From Rhizophagus irregularis (taxonomy: Eukaryota), in assembly GCF_026210795.1 (NCBI RefSeq), contig NC_089430.1, forward strand, positions 2,666,001 through 2,730,000: a DNA stretch of 64,000 bases, read 5' to 3'. The position numbers and the translations under genes are program-made. The notes under the pieces were generated by a model. That model was not told where the DNA came from. It did no database searches and worked only from the letters and a program-made list of their open reading frames with translations. The stretch's first letter is position 1; every line of letters begins with the position of its first letter. Positions 24,265-39,916 of the stretch are shown piece by piece.

Positions 24265-26897
24265 ATAGAAATGATCGTTATAGGAAATTTGTTAGTTTAG
24301 TTTATAAAGTAAAAATCATAGAGGCTCCGATAGTCCAAATGTTAAACATTGCACTCCTTTCCGGCAATGACTATTATTGGACGAAATCAATATTAGCAAT
24401 AAATATAATTTTCCTCTCAAGGGTTGCAGATTGTATTAGAGAACCAAGTATTGATGAACGAAATCCCAGCTATATAAGTGTTTCGATTTACATGGCCTTT
24501 AAATATGTATAATAGTTTCTCTCTTTTCAGTTTGTATATTTTAATCATCATTGTTATTTATTGTAGTTTTATGATAATACTAAATATGAGATATATTGAT
24601 ATTATTCTGGAAGTTAAGCATTTTTTTGAAGTTTTGAGAGTTAAGTAAAGTTGTTCGAAAATGTTGTAAATTACATGTATTTTTGTTTTTGATATTAATG
24701 TTTAAATAATTTTAATAATAAAAATGCAAAGTCTTAATATTTTGTAAAAAATAATGTAAAGACCTCTTTTTTAAAGTTACACTTATTTATTATATTAATA
24801 AAGCTTATTAAAATACATAAATTTAAATGCAAGTAATATAAATTTTATTAATAAATTACATTATATGTCGCCAAATTGATTTTTTGTCCCAAACAATACG
24901 ATGTTGGAATAAGATATTCCTCATTTGGATAATCACAATAACAATTTTGGTTTAGTTTATTATTAATTTGGTTAGTCGATCTTATTGGGGCGGATGTCGC
25001 GAAACGGATATCGCGGATATTTATTTTTTAGCCTTATTGTTCTTTCAACAATAGTGTATTTTCTGATAGGATACGAATTTCCGTGAAACTGCGTTGCAAA
25101 GTAATGAAGTTTATACTCGAAATTCTTAAAATTTAAATATTAGATACAAACAAATCTTGTGATAGGACGAGAAAATATATGATACCCGGAAATACTGTAC
25201 AAGTATGTATGATAGTATACACATAATTATCAACAGTTATACAAGTTATACAGAAGACAATTACACAATATATTAAATACGAAAAATATAATTATGTAAT
25301 TATTCTTTCCCTAATGTTTTTTTATCAATTCAATATTCATTTTTTAAAAAAATTTCTTTTATAAATATTTTATTACATTAATATAAATAAATTTAAAATA
25401 ATTACATCAATTAAAATATTAAATAATTAATAAAATGGAAATTAGCTCTCTCAGATGTAAAAGAAATTATCGAAGCTTTAGAATTGGCTAATTTAGTAAA
25501 GAAAAGGAATTAGGACTATAATGTAGCAAGAAATCCTATAATTTTTTTTTATAGGTAATTTAATATTTTGCAGTTTCCTTAAGTTCTGCGAGAAATTAAA
25601 AAATTTAAAAAATTTAAATTTAATAAAGAACATGAATACATTTTTGCAAAAAGCTTAAATATGATTACTGTTTATAATTTATTTATTTAAAGATAAATGC
25701 ACATAAATAATGACATGCTAGTATAAGTGTATAACAAATAAAAATATTCATTTAAATTTTTATTTTCATATTTTAAAGAAGGAGAAAAGTGTATGGCGAG
25801 GCTGTATGTATGATTTTTTTCATTACATACGTACAATTTTCTATATTTAGCAATCAAAGTAGTACGTACGATTTAAAATCTACGTACTAACAAAAAACGC
25901 AAACTACAAAATTCAAACAAATTGATTCAACAATAAAATATACTTACTATTGTGTAAATGGCAGGGGATAAACCTGACTAATTGAAATAGTAAATTTTAA
26001 ATTTTACTAAAACAATGATCGGCCTATCGGCCGATCATTTATCCGATTCTAGTAAATATGAATCGATCGATCAAATCGGAATAGTGGTATTGGCTTATCT
26101 TATTTTCGCAGAAATCTGCATTACTCAAATGACCAATTAATAATTAAGTAAAACTTTGATATCAAGACACAAGCAAGAAGGGTGACGAATATAATATTAT
26201 TAAAAATAATCCGTGAATAATTATTTATTTTTGTTATCTAATTGACTAATTTCAAAAGAAAGATAAACTAATTTAGTATAATCATTACTTTAATTGGATT
26301 TATTTGATTAATAATTACTAATTGATGAGAATTTTATCGACAATCAAATTATATTGATTATTCAATTGATCGATTACTAATTTTTCGATAGGCCAATTAA
26401 ATTCCCTAATTAAGCCCTTATGAAAAAAAAAAAATACTACTTAATTAATAATACATCCAAAGTTCACATGACTCACATGACTGCAAGATCGTCAGAATTA
26501 CTTAAAAATTCTTAAAAATTAACAATCAAGTATAATTTAAGATTTTTTTTCACGGACGTTAATATACCACGCATTATAGTCCGCAACACATACGGGCTTT
26601 ACAAAAGTATCACACCGCAATCAGTATAAACAATAAAATAAATAAATAAATAATATACATAAAATAAAATACCTTGATAAAATCTTTCATATTTAAATTG
26701 ATTTTCCTTATTAAGCATCTCAATATGAAGCGATAATATTTTTGATCCTCACTAAGGATTTCTTTTAATTAATTAGTACAACAAATAAATTATTTTCAAG
26801 GCTAAACTTTATTTTTTTTCTATAAATATAAGTTTTGATAATAAATTTCCAATTCATACATTTTTTTTTTTACTTAAAAAACAAATAAGAAAAAAAA

Positions 26898-28548
<1,651 letters not shown>

Positions 28549-28931
28549 TTATCATATAGTTATTATATATATTAAACTTGATATTTTTATGTAAATTTTG
28601 AAATATAAATAAAATTATTAAGACTTAGGGTCGGCGCCCACAAAACGGAGCTGCAATTATATTACATAATTATTTTATTTATTTTTTTTTTATTTTGGGA
28701 CGTCACAGTCGTCACACCTATCTGCGAAAGTATATATAACAACTACGTAAAACCACATTACATCATAATTCAACGTAAACTTCTCCGTCTAAAATTTTAG
28801 GTCGAGTGATCGACAGGAGAGTTTAACATTTTATGGGGTTTTCATAATTAGTAATCAAAAGCGGAAAATATATTCTCCGGGATTAGTATAAATACAGCTT
28901 TGATAATGAATATTTTTTTTTTTAAAAAAAA

Positions 28932-30259
<1,328 letters not shown>

Positions 30260-30848
30260 ATTTTCACCGATAAATAAGCCTGGATAAGCTTGTTAGAGTA
30301 TCACGTCCGTTAGGCTAATAAACTTTGAATTTTTTTTTAATATAAAATTTTCTCATTTTGATTATAAATCTTCGTGTAATGTTATCAAATATATTTTACT
30401 TCACGAGAAAGAAGATAATAATATAACCTCTCGCGTCAAATATACTTAATTCTTACCAACAATTAAATTTAAATAATGTATTTAAGTATAAATATGGTCA
30501 AGGAATAAAGACTTTTTAATTGAACCGAAACACAAATCATGTAATATCTATTTGTATTTTATTCAATTATGACCACAAATATTTTTGGTTTTTCCATGTC
30601 TGTAAAGGATATTATGCCCGATTTATGATTAACCATGCGCAATTGTTTTTCTTTAGCTAAATAAAATCTACTAAATAAAAAAGTTTTATATAAAAAGATT
30701 AAAATGATATAACTAATTTTGTTAAAAAACTAATAAAAAAAAATTTTCCTATGAATAAACTTAATCCATTCTGTTCGACTACCCTTTTAAAAATTAGCCG
30801 CTAATTAAATAACTGATAATTGTCCGGAGCGAAGCGAAAATGATCGAT

Positions 30849-31035
30849 CACGTGAGTTTCTCTATCCATTCACGTGGCGTCATCCAATGAAATCGCAAAT
30901 CGGGAGTTTTATCTTTTTTTTCGCTTCGGAGTTCGGACTAACGGACTTACAACGGTGTCTGAAACTTGACCAATCGCGCCTTAAAAGTTTGGCTGATCAC
31001 GGATGAACTGTGTGACATAAAAAATGTATATATAC
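30849..31035 (+). promoter_or_regulatory. Putative Pol II promoter of the tandem non-coding unit
   Basis: CpG-rich island with two CACGTG boxes (30850, 30870), two CCAAT boxes (~30884, ~30970) and TATATATA at ~31027, ~35 bp before repeat copy 1. No protein-coding gene was found downstream. Confidence 0.5.
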
Positions 31036-31324
31036 ACTTTTTTATCTGTGAAATATAACAAAATACACACTTTTCATACATCAATTCTCCTTCAGTTGAC
31101 GCGGTTGACGCGTAGGCTATGTGGAAGGTGCTATCGATAGTCTAATAGCTAGCTGAGGAGACTTTATATATAACGCGTTGTAAGTTATTTTACGCGTTGT
31201 TGGAGAGAGAAGCCCTGTATCATTACCAACTGACTCTTAAGAGAGAGCCCAAAGTAGTCCTTTCACTTCGCAATCAAAGGTGGGTGTATTACTTGTATTT
31301 AAGACGATAAATTTTATGTGTTAT

Positions 31325-31514
31325 ATGATGAAACAATATACTGAGCGTTTGAATTTTGAGATTGCGAATGTTGGGGATCGTTCCTCAACTTTTTATTCGC
31401 AACTTGAAATTGTGAGGATCTTTCTTCACTTTTTTATGAAATTTCGCCTTTCATTTTTTTTTTAAATTTTATTTTATTTTTTTATTTTAATTATATTTCA
31501 ATATTGTTTTCTGA
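31325..31514 (+). ncRNA. Candidate intronic box C/D RNA with U3-like 3'-domain topology, copy 1
   Basis: ATGATGA (31325), CTGA-GCG (31341), long hairpin 31352-31411, TGAGGATC (31413) and CTGA (31511). It lies inside AAG|GTGGGT...TTCGTCAG (31280-31586). Confidence 0.5.
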
Positions 31515-31883
31515 TTTTTCACTCTGACTATTAAAATTTTATAATATTATGATATATTTTATTAATACCTCTTTTTTATTCGTCAGAAAAACAGATCAGT
31601 ATTTTTTAATATAACGAAAAAATACACACTTTTCATACATCAATTCTCCTTCAGTTGACGCGGTTGACGCGTAGGCTATGTGGAAGGTGCTATCGATAGT
31701 CTAATAGCTAGCTGAGGAGACTTTATATATGACGCGTTGTAAGTTATTTTACGCGTTGTTGAGAGAGAGAAGCCCTGTATCATTACCAACTGACTCTTAA
31801 AAGAGAGCTCAAAAGTAGTCCTTTCACTTTGCAATCAAAGGTGAGTGTGTTACTTGAATTTAAGACGATAAATTTTGTGTTAT

Positions 31884-32073
31884 ATGATGAAACAATATAC
31901 TGAGCGTTTGAGTTTTGAGATTGCGAATGTTGGGGATCATTCCTCAACTATTTTTTCGCAACTTGAAATTGTGAGGATCTTTCTTCACTTTTTTATGAAA
32001 TTTCGCCTTTCATTTTTTTTTTAAATTTTATTTTATTTTTTTATTTTAATTATATTTCAATATTATTTTCTGA
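31884..32073 (+). ncRNA. Candidate intronic box C/D RNA, copy 2
   Basis: Same boxes and hairpin as copy 1, with a canonical donor GTGAGT at 31841. Confidence 0.45.
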
Positions 32074-32409
32074 TTTTTCACTCTGACTATTAAAATTTAT
32101 AATATTATGATATATTTTATTAATACCTCTTTTTTATTCGTCAGAAAAAAATACAACTTTTCATACATCAATTCTCCTTCAGTTGACGTGGTTGATGCGT
32201 AGGCTATGCGGAAGGTGTTATCGATAGTCTCGATAGTCTAATAGCTGAGGAGACTTTATATATGACGCGTTGTAAGTTATGTTGGAGAGAGAACCTCCTG
32301 CATCATTACCAACTAACTCTTTAAGAGAGAGTCCAAAAGTAGTCCTTTCACTTTGCAATCAAAGGTGGGTGTGTTACTTGTATTTAAGACGATAAATTTT
32401 ATGTGTTAT

Positions 32410-32504
32410 ATTATGAACAATATACTGAGCGTTTGAATTTTTTTCGCAACTTGAAATTGTGAGGATCGTTCTTCACTTTCATGAAATTTCAATATTGTTT
32501 CTGA
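32410..32504 (+). pseudogene. Degenerate third copy of the candidate box C/D RNA
   Basis: Box C is mutated (ATTATGA) and most of the hairpin is deleted. TGAGGATCGTTCTTC and ATATTGTTTCTGA are retained. Confidence 0.4.
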
Positions 32505-35222
32505 TTTTTTCACTCTGACTATTAAAATTTTATAATATTATGATATATTTTATTAATACCTCTTTTTTAATTCGTCAGAAAAACATATCAGTATGTATTA
32601 AACAAGTATCACGGCCCTGCTTATCATAATCGGTAAGTGATTTGTGATTAATGTCTTATTTACATTGTGCTTAGGCGGTTTGGTTACAATTGGAGCGTCG
32701 AAGTTTATACTGGCAAGATTTCATAAAATGTAATCCTATGAAATCTATTACATGTGAATCTATAGAAAATGATGTCCCATTCCGTTTCCAAGTATTTTCT
32801 AAATACAGAAAGAATGATCCTCTCGTCAAGTAAATATAATGAAGAAAAGGTATTATAAATATCACAAAATCCTATGAATGTGATACAGTTACATCTGGGC
32901 ATTTTCTGTATTAGAAAAATTGAAAATTTTTTTTTTATAGTTTCAAAAGCATTATTTTTTTTATTTTTTTAAGCATTCTTTTGGACATTTTTTTTTCATG
33001 GGGATGTATCAGTCACCCATTTGGCTAAGCCGTGAAAAATTAAATGGCTTGGCCGTCTATGTTGTGATATTATCCGTAATTATATAATATGGATCCTAAC
33101 ATACAGTATCGTTATATCAGATTTTGAGATGCACCGCGTGTAGATTTTTTTTTACTGTAGAAAAGAGTAAAATTTTTCTATCTTTATCAACTTTGTACTT
33201 AATTTCACGTAACAAGTAAGAAAAATCTGTGCGATTATGTTGACATCTGACATGACGTGACGATTATATTAAAAATTACAAGAAATTTCCTAATAAAATT
33301 TATGTATTTGTTTAACTTTGATTTTCCCATTATTTACATATCAAATTCTGCAAAAATGTTTCTGTATTTAGTATCAAAATTAACTATATCAAATTATTTA
33401 AACTCGTTTAAACTCGTTTTTATTCTGTTCGGATGGAATTTTTGTATACCTATATATACAAAAATTAGAAGTGCATATAATTGTTTTATAATAGATGAAT
33501 CAAAAATATCAACGCAAAAGGATAATTTCTTTAAAATTAATTATTATTGATTGTATCAACGAAATGAAAATGGATGACATCGATTCCAAATTACATAAGT
33601 TGATTGTGTAACACCCATTGATATAACGAAATTATGATTTGCGTTTTATCAACTAATGTTAAGTACGCATCTATAACTTTCAATCCATTCACTATCTATT
33701 CCATGTGCGGAAAATAACGTCTATGTTATACATCATGACATTTAGTACAACAGTGATGCCATTTGATATACTTAGGAAGAGGATATTTCTCGGATGGATT
33801 TTATTATCAACGAATAACAATTCTGTTATTTCCTGCGCTTAACACATAATGTTGAGAGGTTCCATCAGACAACGCCTTCACCGTTGGCAAAAGGCTCTAT
33901 TGGGTATATGACGTATCACTTCCACTAATCTTGGTTTCAATCAAAGAAGTGATCCATTTTTTACATTACAGGAGTAATAAGTATTTATTTATTTTGAATG
34001 TCAACTGGCTATACCTAAATGGGAAAGTGAACCAATAATAGATATTATTTCTAATTACCATGAAGGGAAAACAAAGATATTTAAATAATGTGTGAATTTT
34101 TTATAATGATCGTCTAGAAAAATGAAAACACCATTGGATATTATGTCTTTCAACTCAGAGATACACCTAGTGAAACTGGCTAAAACCACTTCATACATTT
34201 GATGTTTCACTAGCCTTGCAATACATAATGGTATATATATTTCTCCAGGAACGAAAAAATATTGTTAGACCAATTTCCGATCCCTAATTAAATAATTAAT
34301 ATATCACTTAATGTACCAAAGTTACATTAATTATTAAAAGTTTTGTTGGAGTGATAATTTGCCAATCGTCACACGATTTTAGGCTGATTTGACCCGATTT
34401 CTCATGTAGTTTATTTAGGAAAAAAAAAAACGTTGCCGAAGCAACTGATACATGAAAATTTGCGAAATAAATGATGTGAATATAAAGAAATTCTAACTAC
34501 TTGATAGGGAAGTTCCGTTGAATAGGAAAAATCCTGTCTCCTTTCGCATGGGTTCTCTGTGTGATAAATCCCCCTCAATCAAAGATCTTGGGCGTTATAG
34601 TCAACATTTTTCCAAAATCCTGAAAGTGTATCTCTAACTATATGAGAAAAAAGGGGGGATCTCAATCGCAAAAAATTATATTTTATTTTCCGCATTACAG
34701 TAACGGAAGTTAAGACTTATAATATCGTTATCGGCGCTGGAAGACATACTGCTTTTCCTAAATATAAGACCAATAATGAGAAATTACTCTCGCCCCCATG
34801 TAAGCATAACTCCTGGCAAATATAAATTTTTTGCGAGAAGAGTATTTGCGGGAAGGTTGGTTGAACTTCTACAAGTTCCTACATATATCTTGCTGAAAAG
34901 GACGTGATTAACATTGTCGTATGGTGCCAAGAAAGCTTTGAAAGTACATGAGTATGGAATCTACTTATTCACATCACAGCAAAACACAAAGTTGGACTAA
35001 CGACTGACGATCTCGAAATTGCGAAGTCCTCAACCCTTCATAACATATGGTTTTGTATTATTGTTTACTTATAGGGCAACCTCTGTACTGTAACTAAGCA
35101 TTTTTTTTACAGAAAAAATAGAACATACATAACTTTCTTTTCGATTATATGCGAAAATAATATGTTGCACAGAATTACCCGTGTTGCGCAAAAATTCGAC
35201 GTGATGTTGAAGATCATCACTC

Positions 35223-35674
35223 TAGGGCGGGCAATTGGACAATTGGACGTTTTGGACATTTGTCCAAAACCTGTCCAAAACTTGTCCAAAACCAAAACCT
35301 TTTTTTCATTGGACAGGTTTTGGACAGATCACATGACAAAAAATTTAATTTTGGCCAGAATTATGACTAATTTTGGCTAATTTTAATTTTAGTTCAATTA
35401 TCAAATTACTTCAAAAATCTTTAAATGTTAATTTTTAATATTATTTTGATTTTACATTAATTTTTATTATTTAATTATATTAAATATTTACTTTTTTAAC
35501 ATTTTAACATTATATTTTCATTTTATTTTTAGTTTCAGTTAATAAATATTAGGACTCTTGAGCAGTTTTAAACTGTCCAAAACTATGTCCAAAACTATGT
35601 CCAAAACTGGTTTTGGACAGTCCAAAATTGTCCAATTAAAAAAACCAATTGGACAAGTCCAAAACCCAACACTG
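35223..35674. mobile_element. hAT-like non-autonomous element remnant with subterminal repeats
   Basis: Starts TAGGGCGGGCA and ends ACCCAACACTG. More than 10 copies of TGTCCAA/TTGGACA are clustered at both ends around an AT-rich core. No TSD visible. Confidence 0.65.
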
Positions 35675-36218
35675 TAAATAAGTCTAGACAATGGCTGATC
35701 ACCACTACAGAGTGTTGACCGGGATCGGTACAATCCTAAACGCTTTGCAAATTCTTCTGTAATAATTATGACATTTGAACTCGCATCTCTATTTGGGTTA
35801 TCTGGTTGATTGATATATTTCGTAGTTTATTTAGATAGCTGTAGGATATTATATACGAAAAATATTCAGGGTCTAAAAATTTCGATATTGAATCAATTAT
35901 ATGTACGGCTATCTGGTCATATAATTTTTATTAATAGTTACTGTATATAATCTTCGGAGAAGGCTTGTAAATCTGATATAAGGCCTGTTGTTTAGTCTTC
36001 GACCTTTGCAAGAGTAAACTTACATCCGATCTTAAAATTGTTAAATTTACAAACCGATCTTTATTACTCTATATAATCAATGTTGAACAAAAATAATTGT
36101 TACTTTAAACTCAACGACGCAATACATCATATAAGTAGGGGATAATAACACCAATGATATTTTAATAATAATAATGTTTAATGATAAAATATTATTTCAT
36201 GATCTTATCCAACTTGAA

Positions 36219-39200
36219 TCATATTTCACAGTCTAAGCAGTCAGTTAAATAAGGATTAAGCAACCGAGATGTATAAATGGCCTGAGAAATAGTTTCATTA
36301 TCTTCCTCAAAATAATCAAGGTGTAGTTTTCTATGTTTTTCTGCTTCTCTAAACTGTTCATTGAGTTCGTGATCATTTTTATAGTATGATTCTTGAAACG
36401 AAAAAATCGTTTCTTCAATTTCCGTCATCTTTGGTCTATTTTCTGGATTTGGATCCCAGCACCTTCTTATTAAGTCAATGTAGCATTCTGGTGCTTCTGG
36501 CTCGTGTATTACTGGTCTACTTTCTTTACATATATCTATTGCCAAAAACTCATCATGTTCACGATCAGCAAAAGGTTGTCTTCCAGTGGCTACAAAATAC
36601 ATAATCATACCAAAGCTATATACGTCCGCTGCTTGAGTATAGGGTTCACCCCTTAATACTTCGGAAGCTACATAAGGCATGACGCCATAAACATTTTCAT
36701 TATCCATATTACCAATTTCCCCGCACAATCCCATATCTGAAATAAATGCATTAAGTTCGGAATCAGAATAAGTTTCACATTTGAACAATATATTTCCTGT
36801 GTGAAAGTCACAATGAACCATCCTCCTTTGATGAATTCCTTCGAGTCCTTTACAAATATCGGCTAATACTAATAATTTATCATTCCAATCAAGTCTTTTA
36901 TAATTCTTTTTCATCCAATCCTGAAGATTTCCACCCTTCGCATACGCAAGAACCATAATATAATCTTTTGTATCCGGATGTTGAGATATTCCGTATACTT
37001 CAAGAACGTGACTATCCTCATCCATCGAATACGCTTTAATCTATTAATACATAAAGGAGTTACTAAAAAAACATTTAAATGAATACTTATAAATCCAATC
37101 ACGTACCTCTTTCATGAACTTATCTGTCACGTTTTTTGAATCATGTAAACATTTTAAAGCGACCTTTGTATTTACTTCATTTAACCACATCTTTAAATAG
37201 GTGTTATAGGACAATGGACCATCTTTCCATATTGCTGAATATACTGTAGCAAAACCGCCTTGGCCTATCTTTTTAATGTTACGGAATTGGTCGTACGGTA
37301 TCCATTCAAATATCTTATCTCGAAAATAATCAACTTTTAGTTGCTTTTCTTGAATGAAAGCATCTAATTTTTCATTACCACTGGTCCAATTTGTAAAATC
37401 ATCTTTCAAGTAATTCATTAGACATGGTTTACACCATCCATCAATATATTCTTTACCGCATGCTTCACAATATCCATCTTGCAAAACCAAGGTGTAATCC
37501 TTTGTATCCGGATTTTGAGATATTCCATATATTTGAAGAACACTATCATAGCTAGATATTGAATATTTATTAATCTGTTAAAAAAAAAATATATTAAATA
37601 AGGCACATATATTATTACTAGCATTAAAGTTATTTCACAGCGCAGTTGTTAAAATCACGATATTCACGCGACGCGTGACATATCTCTTTTATCCCCTGCC
37701 CGAAAATATAAAAAAATCACAGATGACCAGTAAATATGGGTTAAATAAATTTATCTCATACCTCATCTAAAAGTTCGTTGGTAGCAAGGTTTTGTGAATC
37801 ATGTAAACATTTTAAAGCGACCTTCATACCCGGATTTCTTATCCATTCCTTTCTTTTCTCATGGTAATGTAATGGACCACCATTCCATATTGCTGAATAT
37901 ATTGTAACAAAGGCATCCCCACCTAACCTTGTAACGTTATCAAACTGATCATATGATATCCACTCAAATATATTATGATTATATTCATCAAATTTTAATT
38001 GCAGTTCTTGAATAAGACCGTCAATATTTTCATTTCCACTGGTCCAGCTTTTAAAATTTTTTTTAAAATAATTTATTTGGCACGATTTACACCATTTATC
38101 TTTAATATACTTGTATTGTTCACCACATTTTTCGCAATATCCATCCTGTAAAACCATAATATAATCCTTTGTGTCTGGATGTTGAGAAATTCCATATATT
38201 TTAGGAATGTCATCATTGGCATGTCCTTCAACTGAGTATGTTTTAACTGAGTATGTTTTAACCTAGTAAAAATATTTTAAACAGAAGTCATTATCACATT
38301 AAAGAAAGGTTACAATTAAAATTATAACAATTTATCATACCTCATTTAAAAATTCATTAGTTTTATATTGTGAATCATGTAAAAGTTTCAAAGTAACTTT
38401 TTCATCTGACTCTCTGATTAATTCCATTTTATCATTATCGTAGGAAGATAAGCCATCATTCCATATTGCAGAGTATATTGTAGTGGAATCACTTTTACTT
38501 ATTTCTTTAACACTATTGAACTTATTGTATGGTATCCATTCAAATATTAAATCAGCTTTACTATTAATGCGTAATTGCATTTCTTGGATAAAATCGTTAA
38601 TCTTTTCATTTTCACTGGTCCAGTTTGCGAAATTCTTTTTCAAATAATTTATTTGACATGACTTGCACCATTGATCAGTATCGATATATCTCTTATCACA
38701 TTTTTCACAATATTCATTCTTAAGAACTATAACATAATCTTTCGTGTCTGGATTTTGAGATATTCCGTATATATCTTTCGTGTCTGGATTTTGAGATATT
38801 TCGTATATTTCTGTTTCGTCTGTTTCGATTGCCAAGTATGCTTTAACCTATTAACAAAAAATTATTATTACATTAAAACAGTGTTTAATTTTCTAAACTA
38901 TTTATTTGTACAATCTATACCTCGTTCAAAAATTCTTCAGTATTGTTTTTTAAGTTACGTAAACATTTTAAATTAACCCTTTCATCCGATTTTCTCATCC
39001 ATCCCCTTTTCTCATCGTCATTAATTTCATAATATAATGGACCATCTTTCCATGTTGCCGAATGCATTGTAACAAGATCACCTAAATCATCGTCAGATAC
39101 TTCCTTAACGTCATTAAACCGATCGTATGGTATCCATTCAAATATTTTGTCATCATGCTTATCAATGCTAAATTGCTTTTCTTGAATGAAATCATCAATT

Positions 39201-39916
39201 TTTTTATCTTCACTGGTCCAATTTGCAAATTCTTTCATAAAATAATTTATTTGACATGGTTTACACCACCATTTGTCAGTATTCTTCTCACCGCATTCTT
39301 TACAATATTCTTCACAGTATCCACCGTCTAAAACCATGATATAATCTTTAGTATCTGGTTGCTGAGAAATTCCATATATTTTAAGGGTATCATAATTATA
39401 ATGTCCTTTAACCGAATATGTTTTAACCTATAAATATGAAAGTTATTATTACACTAAAAGATATAGATTTATTTTTTAATTAAATTTATCTTATACCTCA
39501 TTTAAAAATTCATCAGTGTTGTTTTGTGAATCATGCAAAATTTTTAGAGTAACCTCCTTTTTGTTTGAATCTCTTATCAATTCATTTTCATCATTATCAA
39601 AACATAAAGGACCGTCCTCCCATATCGCTGAATATATCGAAGCGAAATCACTTTTGCTTATGTCTTTAACGTCATTAAACTGATTATATGGAATCCATTC
39701 AAATAATACATCATAGTAGTCATCAACATTTAATTGCGTTTCTTGAATGAAATCATCAATTATTTCATTTTCACTAGTCCATTTTGTAAAATTTTCTCTT
39801 AAACAGTTTATCTGACATTGCTTACACCACTCGTATTCATTATTATATTCTTCACCACATTTTTCGCACGTCCCACTTATTACACTATTTTGTGATGATT
39901 GAGATGATTGAGACAT
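36219..39916 (-). CDS. TKL-family kinase, 1074 aa, with five tandem (CxxC-CxxC + kinase N-lobe) modules and one C-lobe
   Basis: Exons 39916-39497, 39427-38921, 38847-38341, 38262-37762, 37574-37107 and 37040-36219. All introns are GT-AG, phase 0; 3225 nt open. The last module has IGQGGFATVY and VALK. The C-lobe has HCDFHTGN, DMG, YVASE and DVYSFG. Confidence 0.9.

Larger units (their letters stand above)
31062..32593 (+). repeat. Three tandem copies of a ~530-560 bp structured non-coding unit
   Basis: Unit starts AATACACACTTTTCATACATCAATTCTCCTTCAGTTGAC at 31062, 31621 and 32150. Copies 1 and 2 are nearly identical. Copy 3 has deletions and CpG>TpG changes. Confidence 0.95.

Noticed and set aside
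31153..31200. CTGAGGAG resembling a hammerhead ribozyme core (CUGANGA)
   Set aside because: No stem II closed by GAAA and no compatible stem III on either strand.
31280..31465. 61-aa GTG-start ORF in the tandem repeat
   Set aside because: The GTG coincides with a putative splice donor, and the frame is broken by indels in copies 2 and 3.
31062..32593. CRISPR-like array, rDNA, or spliceosomal snRNA/telomerase RNA identity for the repeat
   Set aside because: Units are ~550 bp with no spacers. No U1/U2/U4/U5/U6/U11/U12 signature, telomere template or extended rRNA match was recognised. The 12-nt TTTCTTCACTTT complementarity to LSU rRNA is not next to a D box and is altered in copy 3.
33560..35050. 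Coding-like composition suggesting decayed genes (e.g. HITAKHKVGLTTDDLEIAK)
   Set aside because: All frames are interrupted and no family could be supported by eye.
35107..35733. Short ORFs of 62-72 aa
   Set aside because: They are by-products of the TGTCCAAAA subterminal repeats of a transposon remnant.
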